This document shows positions 54,370 through 64,000 of a DNA stretch of 64,000 nucleotides, in pieces; position 1 is the first letter of the stretch, and each line of letters opens with the position of its first letter. The notes beneath the pieces are model-generated. The model was not told where the DNA came from and did no database searches. It saw only the letters and a program-made list of their open reading frames with translations. Source of the DNA: Vicugna vicugna (Eukaryota); NCBI GenBank assembly GCA_013265495.1, contig MU058463.1:3455037-3519036 (forward strand), in the 5' to 3' direction. Position numbers and translations under genes: made by a program.

Positions 54370-54545
54370 ACCTCTGGGTAGTTAGGTGACCTTTCAAAGT
54401 CACTTAATCTCCACCTCAGTTTACTTACAAGTAAAACGGGAGTAATAATATTGCTTAACTCCTAAGTTAGCTGTGATGATTAAATAAGTAAGTGAAAAAG
54501 TGCATATTGTGATGCCTAGCACATAGTAAGTATTGGATAGTTATT
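54370..54545 (+). mobile_element. MIR SINE fragment
   Basis: gtgacctt...aagtcacttaatctc..cctcagttt...gtaaaacgggagtaataata...gtgatgattaaataag...gcctagcacatagtaagt. Confidence 0.75.
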
Positions 54546-56580
54546 AAAATTACTAGTGTTGCATCATGTAGATAAAGATCTATAGTCTGAACAAAAAGAA
54601 CAGAAAAATGATATCACTCCAGATAGGAGGTAAAGATAGTCCAAATCATGGAATTGCATTTGTTATAACTAGTCAACTAATATTTGTGATTGAGCTTATA
54701 TAAAGTAAACTCTTAGCACACCAAAGCATCAGTGTAAATTTCCCATCCAGTTCTCCTAATCTTCAGCCTAGCAGATGGTGCTAAAGTAAACAACAGTGGC
54801 AGCGGCAGGCCTTTCTCTGTATAGCATAACTATTTCCATTTCATCATCCAAATGTGGTTATATACTTGCTTCCTGATGGGAACCAAAAACCACCTGTACC
54901 TTCTTCCAATTCATTCTATCCATGCTCAGCAGCTGTGCTTCTCTGACAATGGTCTGTCACCATTGTCATTCCTAACTGCTATCTGTTTGAAAACTTCCAG
55001 CTTCAAAGATACTGCAGAGAGAAGCCCCAACACCAAATGCTCTGCTCAGAAGCCATAACCACACACGAGTACTCTGCCTTGGTGGGCAGCTGTTTAGCTA
55101 CTTGGGTGTCCACTATGGTTGAGTCCTCCACTGCAGGCTTGTTCTATGCATTAGGCATCCTGGGCTCAGTGCCTGGGGCCAACGAACTTACCAAGGCCTA
55201 CCAGAAATTTTGCGAGCTGAGAAAAAATTATGAACTCCAAAACACAAAGAGGAAAAACCAAAGTTGAAGTAATAAATGTTTAAGTGAAGATTTGTTTCTA
55301 TTCAGTTTCATTCATCGTTCAAGTAAGTTTATATGCATGAACATTTCATTATATTTGCAAAAACTTGCAGATTAGGTTTATATACTTCACTAGGTCATGT
55401 AACTTTCTGACAATTTACAATGACTGACAAGAAACATCACCCGATCATAAATTAAATGTGTTATTTATAGCCAAGTAATTTTAAACTCTTAAAAAAATTT
55501 TACAACAAAAATAAACCACTTTGATATGGAAAATGGGTGTGTTGAAGTGCATTTGCAGTGGCAAGGTGGCTACGTCACTGCAAAATAAAATGCTTATGAG
55601 CCACTGAGGTCTGCTCATTCAGGCTTGTAGGCTTTGGGGTTATAAGAAGGACACAGGCCTGCACCCCTCCCCAAGCTGTCACCAAGTCTAACAAAATAGA
55701 CCAACAAAGAAACATGAAAGGATCCATGACAGAGGTAAGTACAGACCCTATGACTGTGCATAAGCGTCAGTACACACACACATACACACACACACACACA
55801 CACACTCCTCCTGGTGGGTGATGGGACAGAAGGCATTATCCTCAACTGACACCTACACTAAGTTATCAATCCCAATTTTGAAAAATTGAAATTTCAGTCT
55901 AGTTTGAGAATATTAAACTGATATTAATATGAATGTGAGCCAAGTATGATCAGAATACAGGATAGAGCAGCCATTCTCCATATTTGTTTCTCACACCAAA
56001 ACATATGAATGATAACCCTCTTGTAGTTTATTTCTTTCATCAGTTTATGTGTACTAAGTACCTACAACATGAAGCAAGCCTATTCTAGGTATGAGATTAA
56101 TCTATTTGACACTATTCTATGATTCTGAGGACCTTCCTGCAAAATCTGGAGAATAAAGCTAGTAGATCTGCAGGCTTCTTTTTCAAATACGATACTCACA
56201 AAGCCATGGATTAGTAACTTGCTCTCTAAAGGTTGCAAACATAGATAAGATCAACTGTGAATTATGTTCAAGTTCTAGTTCTTTCTTCCCACTCAAGAAA
56301 ATGAGAAAGCTAGTGATTGATATTGCATTAATAACTTCTTAATTATAAATAATTTCTAAATGCCTGTATTAAGCTCTTATTTGCAACACTAGACTCCAGA
56401 ACACTTTTTTTCTACTGCTCTTAACTCGACGAATGATAATTGTTAGGTCAGAGGGAATTTTGACAGATTATTAGAGTAAGAGGAAGGCAGGAGAGGCTCT
56501 GCTAGTCCCTAGGGTTGGTAGCCAGTTGAGACCTATATGTTCCTAAGGACTAAGCAATACTCACTACTCATGGGCAACAT

Positions 56581-56731
56581 GGGAAGAAGAGAGGGTTCCA
56601 TTGAGAAGAAAAGAACGGGAGTGAGAAAGCCAGAGAAGAAGGGAAGAAAAGAAATAGGGAAAATGAAGGAGGAGAAAAAAAAAAAAGAAAAGAAAGAGGA
56701 AAAGGAAAGAGACAAAAAAAAAAAAAAGAAA
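56581..56731. repeat. Purine-rich (GA/A) low-complexity tract
   Basis: Almost all A/G over about 150 bp, with two long A runs. Confidence 0.85.
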
Positions 56732-59223
56732 TCGATGATGATATTAGAGCATTTCTGGGAACTCGGCGGCTCTGAAGTTTACTACCCCACCTCTTCTCTG
56801 TATTTTGTAACCAACAGCAAGAAGTAATAAATGTTGCCCTCTCCCTTCAAGTTCTTGCAGATGGTGTGAGAATTAACAAGGTATTAGAAATGTAAGTGGA
56901 CTCAATTCCTGGTCTAAGTAAATCTAAAGCCTTTTTTCTCTCATCCTTCTTTTTCAATTTATCTAAAAGATACATAAAAATATTGATCATTTTTGGTTCT
57001 TAAGAGTGAGTGCCATTTGATATCGTAAATTGTATCTGAGCCCAGCAATCATCATGGACAGTGTGGTTAATGTGGTTTTATAGAACAATACTTGGCAGTC
57101 GTAAGGTAAATGCATTGCTAAGTCAGAACAATAGGTACATTAATCCCCTGAATAAACTGGTATTAGATTCAGTATCCTAGAGAGAAACTAAGTACAGGGT
57201 TTTTACTGTATTTGGCTTGGAAAGAAGTTACTGAAAATGAATCTTCAACTGGCAAGAGAAAGGGAGATTCCATCCGGTTTTCTTTCTCAATGTCCCAGTG
57301 TTGTTTTGAGATTATAATGAGACATGCTTGTAATAATATGACTCTATTGGCCTTCCAAAAGAAGTTTAAGATTAACCAGAAAGAATATTATTTAGGATAA
57401 GACATCAATAATATATTCTGCAAGGAAACAGATGCAAAGGAAGCCAGTAAGCCCAGACAGAAACTAAGCATTTAGTAGGCAAAACATCAAAACCAAGTTG
57501 CAAGATGTATTCCACACATGAGTTTGCATTTGTGGCTGAGCTGCTGGAGCCCAAAAGGATCATCGCATTACTCTGTTGGCAGATGCATCCAAAGAACTGG
57601 CCATGTTGTGTCTTGTCATCACAATGCTTCTTTCTGTTAAATGGTTTAAAATGTTTGACAAGCACATTACAAAGCCATCCAAGGAAATGCTTCCCTTTCA
57701 GGGATTAGAGTCTTGAAGCAGACCATTAAAACTGGCCTTTGTCAGTGATTCAGCCTGCATTAGCAAAAGAAAGCTTCTTATAGACAGACTGGGCTCTTAA
57801 GGAGCCTCTAAAGGGAACACTGAGTGCTTTGTTATTGCTTCTTCACACGTTATTTATTAATGGAGGTTTAACGGAGGGAAAGGCGGGCTTTTCCTGGTCC
57901 CCAGAAAGTTGTCTTTTTTGAAAAACATTTATTTCCTATCTTTATCATATTAAGATAGCAGTCTAATCAGATTGCAGTGAAACTGAAAGCTTTATTCTTA
58001 ATTAAATGGAAGGAAGTCATCTAACAAAATAGTCTTTTTCTCAAGTGTATACACCTACCAAAAAACCTTGGCCAAATTACTGCCAGAAAAAGAATAATCA
58101 GAGCGACAAAAAAAAAAAAAAAAAGACTTTGGCTCCTGATGAATATCTCTCCACATAATAGGGCAATGACACAAGAATGGATTCTCAGACCAACTCTCTT
58201 TTTCATTGAGAGTTTATTACTTACTACCGTGGGGTAGCTTGACTCTTTCACTTGGTTTGCAATTTGCTTTCACAGAGTCTTATTTCTAATTAAAAATTAA
58301 CCCTGTCTCTCATCATTTGTTCATGCTTTCAGATCTCTTTGTCTTCTTACTTCATTCTGCACCTCAATTTCCAAAAACCATTGACATTGACAAAGAAGAT
58401 TTAGTAGCTCATCATGATCCTCAAAAACTCTTTACCCTTGAGAGGGACACAGATGCATCTAAGTTGAAATTTAATTACTTGTCCTAACATATTTTTCCTT
58501 ACATTCAAATTATAGAAGTAAACAAAAATAGCACAGTTTGCTTTCTTAAATCACATGCTCTATTATTGTTCCTCTTTCCAAACTGAAGGCATATTACATA
58601 GCCAATACAATACTGGACGTAAAATAGTTAAATGATGGCACCAACTTCCAAACCATGGGGATTTTGGGAGGTTTAGCGCAAGACCTCTTATCTGACACAG
58701 TGACACAATTAGGATTTATAGACCATAGTTTATTGAAAAAGTCATTTAATGTAGGAAATATATGTGTATATATACATTGCATTTAACTTAATATTGTTAC
58801 ACACTCATTTTCCAGTCTTCTGATATAGAACAAACATCTTTTGAATTCTTGAATTTGGGTGTGCTGATTGGACCTATTCTCTGCACAACTCCCATAAAGA
58901 CTTATCTGTGAATGTGAGAGTTATTTCTGAAATTCTAAGTGAAACTAGAACTTACCAATACTTGAAAGAACAAATGTAATGCAGAATCACAAATTTTAAT
59001 TTTTTCCCAATATTTTATAGCTATCTTACCAAACTTTAATTCAATATAATTTTTAAAATCCCTCTTTTTTGCAGTGTCTTTTCAATATTCTAAAGCTATT
59101 TCCCATGGAAAATCTCTTTCTTGTCACATTTCATCAGTTTAAATATTTAATTAAGTTATCTAACTACAATAACAAGTACATCTGGAATAAACAGTTTAAG
59201 AAACTTGCACAACTGACTCTTGC

Positions 59224-59962
59224 ACTCTTCTCTGCATCTACTGTGAGAATGAAGACCATTCTCAGCAATCAGACTGTCAACATTGCAGAAAATGTCAACA
59301 TCACTTTGAAGGGATGCACAGTTATTATGAAGGGCCCCAGAGGTACCATGTGGAGGGACTTCAATCACATCAATGTAGAACTCAGTTTCCTTGGAAAGAA
59401 AAAGAAGAGGCTCTGGGTTGACAAATAGTGGGGGAAAAGAAAAGAACTGGCTACTGTTCGCACTATCCAGTAGTCATGTACAGAATGTGATCAAGGGTGT
59501 TACACTGGGCTTCCATTACAAGATGAGGTCTGTGTATGCTCACTTCCTCATCAATGTCATTATTCAGGAGAATGTTTCTCTTGTTGAAATCCAGAATTTC
59601 TTGGGTGAAAAATACATCCGCAGGTTCGGATAAGACCAAGTACTGCTTGTTCAGTATCTCAAGCCCAGAAAGATGGGTTAATTCTTGAAGGAGATGACAT
59701 TGAACTGGTATCAAATTCAGCTGCTTTGATTCAGCAAGCCACGACAGTTGAAAACAAGAATATGAGAAAAATTTTGGATGGTATCTATGTTTCTGTAAAA
59801 GAAACAAACAGTTCAGCAGGCTGATGAATAAAATCTAAGTTGCCCGGCTACAGAAACAGCAAGATGCCAGATGACTCTTCAGATCCATTTGTGATATTTT
59901 AAGGATGCAATAAAAGCTCTATTGATTTGGGAAAACAAAACAAACAAACAAAACAAAACAAA
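59224..59962 (+). pseudogene. RPL9: RPL9 (60S ribosomal protein L9) processed pseudogene, full length
   Basis: Intronless. ATG 59249 [22 protein letters not shown]..., premature TAG 59426-59428, frameshifts near 59468, 59624 and 59805, original stop ...QQADE TAA 59829-59831, AATAAA 59909-59914, A-rich tail 59932-59962, perfect 16-bp TSD cacaactgactcttgc (59208-59223 and 59963-59978). Confidence 0.97.
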
Positions 59963-60530
59963 CACAACTGACTCTTGCTAGCATACAACTCAACTAGTGG
60001 GAACGGCATGTGTGAGTACACCAGAGAGTAGCCTGTTCCCCACGAATGCTTAACATGCCATGAGCAATGGTCAGCCTGTTTACAGAGGTAATAGAGAGTG
60101 GCAGCTGAACCACGAAGTAAATGGAAGTCAGTTAAGTGGTTAAGACATTTTGAATGTATTGCACAAGACATCAGGTCACTGTGCAAAAATGACTATTTTC
60201 AGTTAAGACTACTAACATAAAGTCATTACTTTCTGAGAAGCAGAATGCCCTTCTGCTCCCACAGCATGTGGAAGAAGCTTCACTGAGAGATGGGTAAGAA
60301 AAGACAAATCCACAGGACAAAGACATTCAGGTTTGTGAGTCACAGCAGTGAACAGCTATTGATGTTCCCATTAATCTTCCAACACAATTGATTTAGAATA
60401 TATTGGAAACAAGAAATTAATCATCTGTGGGAATCAACTATTAAATACCCTTCTTGCTTTAAAGGGATTTTGCACAATCGTGGTATTAAAGAAAGGAAAT
60501 AAGCAGCAACATAGAAAAAGAACTGTGCAA

Positions 60531-60870
60531 CATGACCCAGTGGAAATTATCCCAGGTATGCAAGATTGGCTTAAAATCTGAAAGTCAATCAATGTAATAT
60601 ACCATTTTAATTAAAAAAGAACAAAACTGTATGTTCTTCTCAATAGACACGAGCAGCCTTTGACAAAGTCCAATTCCTATTCCTGATAGAAAGTCTTAAC
60701 AAATGAGAAGGAAGCAGAAATAATCTTCCTCAACCTGATAAAAGGCATCTGCAAAAAACCCTATAGCTGTCATTTAGCTTACCTGTAGAAAATAAATGCT
60801 CTTGCCTAAACCTGGAAACAAGGCAAAAATATATAATATAACTCAGTGTTCAATGTTGTACTGGATTCAT
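60531..60870 (+). mobile_element. Old L1 ORF2 (reverse transcriptase region) fragment
   Basis: catgacccagtggaaattatcccaggtatgcaagattggcttaaaatctgaaagtcaatcaatgtaatataccat corresponds to the L1 RT-region motif [24 protein letters not shown]. Confidence 0.8.
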
Positions 60871-61980
60871 TCCTGATAATATAAGATTCCCAACACCTTA
60901 TATATTTAACTGTATGAGATTGCTGAGAGTAGACCATTCATGACCTCAAAAATGGCAATTTCATGTAGTTCAATCTAATGTAAGTTGTTTTTTTTTTTAA
61001 GTTTCTGAAAAAGTCAGATGGAATAATGATTCCATAGTCAATGAGATCTTCAGAAACTTAAAAAAAAATAAAGTTATATTAGATTGAACCAGCTTAGTAT
61101 GCAATGACTGCAAATGTTTCCATCTGTTCAAACCTATTACCCCTACTATCACTGCTGATATATAACCTGCTCTTCTTCACAGCCTGGCTATTTTCTCTTT
61201 TCAGATTTTTTTTATCAATATTTCTGAAGACATCTGCTCTGCCTCTTTTCACCCTTTTCAACAGATGTGAGATTTCTAACCAGGGACAATAGATTACAGC
61301 ATTAAGAATCTTCATTTTCAATGACATATTATTTGATCACCATCGTTTCTTGAAAACGTTAGACTTGACTTCATAAGCAGAAAGCTATACATTTATTTCT
61401 TAGTTCTGTATCTGTTTTTGTGAAATCCTAGATGCACAATAAGTAAACAAACTTCCATTTTCTTATGCTTCTCCAGAGATGCACAGAGAAATATTTCCCT
61501 CTGTTCTATTATTGATAAATTGTTCATAACCTCTTCCTAAACAAACAAAAAGAAGGTAAGTTTTTCTCTCAAATACTCTCACATTTTCGAAACATGCTTT
61601 TCAAACTTTCATTTCTCATTCCCATGACACTTTCGAAAACATCTAAGTATATACAAACCTAAAAACCCACTTTAAAAATGTGCCAGTTTTTCCCTAGTTC
61701 CATATTATCTATTTGTTCACACTGAAATTATACAATAGATAGGAAGATGCAATATCACTGTCCAATCATGATGGGCACTACTACAAGCACCATTACTCTT
61801 CCTAGCTCAAATAGTAGATGCTTTAAAAAGAGGATCTAGGTTTAGGTCCCTTCTTTAAGGAATCTCTCTAAGTTCACTCCCTTTTTACCCTGTGGAACAG
61901 CTGGCTTCACCTTGAAGATTTGTTTCTAGTCTACCTTTCCCTTCCCTGTCATCCTCCCAAGATTTGAGGTTTTCTCTAGA

Positions 61981-62304
61981 CATGTGCTGTCCAAGAGGAT
62001 ATCCACCATCCACAGGTGGCTGCTGAATACTTCTAACTTGGCTAGCCCACATTGATGTGCTGTAACTATACACATACAATTCCAAATATTTAATACAAAA
62101 AAAGAATTTAAAATGTCTCATAGCTTTCATATTGGTAACTCATTGATTGTTGATATTTGAGGTAGCTTGGGTTAAATAAAATATATTCTTAAAATTAATT
62201 TCACATGTTTCCTTTTTACTTTTTGAATGTGGCTACTGGAAAGTCCAAATTTATGTACTTCCTTTATATTATATATTTTATTATATTTCTACTGGACAGC
62301 ACTG
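61981..62304. mobile_element. MER33/MER3-like hAT-Charlie MITE
   Basis: Inverted termini catgtgctgtcca... and ...tggacagcactg. Internal tgggttaaataaaatatatt...aatgtggctactggaaa. Confidence 0.8.
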
Positions 62305-63559
62305 CTCTTTGCTATCTCTCGGTACCCAAGCCTCCTCCTTCCCTTGCTCCCCACTTGTAGAAAACTCCTCATATGCCCCTGTTCAGTCCCTGGCCCCAGC
62401 ATCCCAGCCTCAGCCAATCCTGCTGCACTCATCCAGAAAGGAATCTTGACAATTTAGTAAAAATATCAATTGACAGTTCCAAAGAAAACTTACAGAATTT
62501 TGCAAAATGATTCTGGAGTTCCTCTGAAAGGCAGGAATAGCTAAGACAACTTCCAAAAAAGAGCAGTAAAAGAACCTTCCCAGAAACTCATAAGTTTTGA
62601 GAGCCTTAAAAATTATAACAAATGGAAATGATTTACTGTTATGTCTTCTGCACAGTAAGCAAGCACTCAACATACATTAGCAATTAGTATTATCATTGCT
62701 TCTTACCAAAACATACAAAAATATAACAATTAAAATCTTACAGAACTTGAGAAGGATTATTTGCAGATGATTGATATATAGACCTATAAACAACTTTTAC
62801 ATAAATAGCACATTTATTATACTGTATGGTTAGATCTTATTATAGATCAGCAAGTGAAAGAATGAATTATTCAATAAATAGTCTTCAGACAACTAACTAA
62901 ATATCTTGGAGAAAATTAATTCCAGATTGATGACTGGGTGAAAGTCTTTCTTTTAAGAAAGGAAAAATAATAGGTGAACACTTATCTGATCTCTAGCATA
63001 GGAGCATTATTCTAAACTTAACAGTAATGAAAAAGTTATAGAGGAAAAGAGAGATATATTTGATAGCATTAGCATGTAAAACTTTTTTTTATAAAAAAGT
63101 GACCAAATGCCAAAGCAAATGATAAATCATGGGGAAAAAAAGATCAGTGTGAATATTACAAAAGGTTAATAATTTATTTTTAAGAAGCCATTCATATACA
63201 TCTATAGGAAATGTTTTGGGAACTATATAGAAATGGAACTAAAGAGAAAAGTGGAAAAGGATAAATGTGGGAAAATTCTGAACTCCACCAACACAAATTA
63301 TCAAAATATTTTAAAGTGTTGATACACAATGCTAGCAATGGTGCAATGAAATGGCATGTTTGCACAATGTCCATGGGATTCTAAGGACTACAACCTTTTT
63401 TTAAAAAATTGGGCAATATATATCAAGAGCTTTATATCCCTTAATTTTAGTATTATTATATAAGGAAATTATCTAAATTTCCTTCACAGGGGAAAGGTTA
63501 AGTAAAGTTTGATATAGCCATATAATGGAATATGACACAGCCATTAAAAGTATAAGTTA

Positions 63560-64000
63560 TGAGGAGAAGACCTAAATAAGCAATTCTCCAGTGAAGATAT
63601 ATAAATGGGCAATAGGCACATGAAAAAATATTCAGCATCACTAATTGTTAGAGAAATGCAAATCAACACTATGAGATATCACCTCACACCAGTCAGAATG
63701 GCCATCATTAGAACATCTACAAATGATAAATGCTAGAGAGGGTATGGAGAAAAGGGAACCCTTCTACTGGTGTGAGTATAGATTGATGCAGCCACTATGG
63801 AGGACAGTATGGGGGTCCCTTAAAAAACTAAAAATAGACTTACTATGTGATCCAGCAATCCCACTCCTGGGCATATCTGGAGAAAAATGTAATTCAAATA
63901 ACACATGCACCCCAATGTTCATACAGCACTATTTACGATAGCCAAGACATGGAAACAACCCTAATGTCCATCAACAGATAATGATAAAAAGAAGATGTAA
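63560..64000 (+). mobile_element. Younger L1 ORF2 3' region, running off the window end
   Basis: agaagacctaaataagcaattctcca...gcacatgaaaaaatattcagcatcactaatt...cacctcacaccagtcagaatggccatcatta...gatccagcaatcccactcctgggcatat. Older L1 debris precedes it (about 62700-63560). Confidence 0.9.

Noticed and set aside
54767..54783. CTCF-like motif cctagcagatggtgcta
   Set aside because: Mismatches at core positions; not supportable without a matrix scan or ChIP data.
56533..56827. Lys/Glu-rich ORF
   Set aside because: Translation of a purine-rich low-complexity tract.
59069..59633. Functional RPL9 gene from ORFs 59069-59428 and 59391-59633
   Set aside because: Premature stop, frameshifts, no introns, A-tail and TSDs: processed pseudogene.

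Overview
Mammalian genomic DNA, AT-rich and repeat-rich. tRNA-Ala-derived SINEs and cetartiodactyl-type L1 3' ends suggest a camelid (inference). The only protein-coding gene is the 3' part of EDNRB (endothelin receptor type B, + strand): the end of intron 1, coding exons 2-7 (10874-15734; 281 codons plus stop, all GT-AG introns, frame intact) and a ~2.35 kb 3' UTR with AATAAA at 18065. Exon 1 lies upstream of the window. The ~46 kb downstream is intergenic: L1, L2, MIR, hAT DNA-transposon and LTR relics, a full-length RPL9 processed pseudogene with 16-bp target-site duplications (TSDs), and an internally deleted L1 that keeps both ends. I see no demonstrable new biological system. The most unusual structure is a ~1.76 kb composite block (44238-45994) bounded by a 13-bp direct repeat. 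It holds old L1 pieces, a CpG-island-like segment inside a textbook minus-strand exon, and ERV1 pol/env remnants, and looks like foreign DNA or RNA inserted by L1-type machinery. Second is a strong cryptic acceptor in the EDNRB 3' UTR at the site corresponding to the human alternative-C-terminus splice variant, which here would be frame-shifted. Repeat family names are from visual recall of consensus sequences and repeat boundaries are approximate unless a TSD is given.
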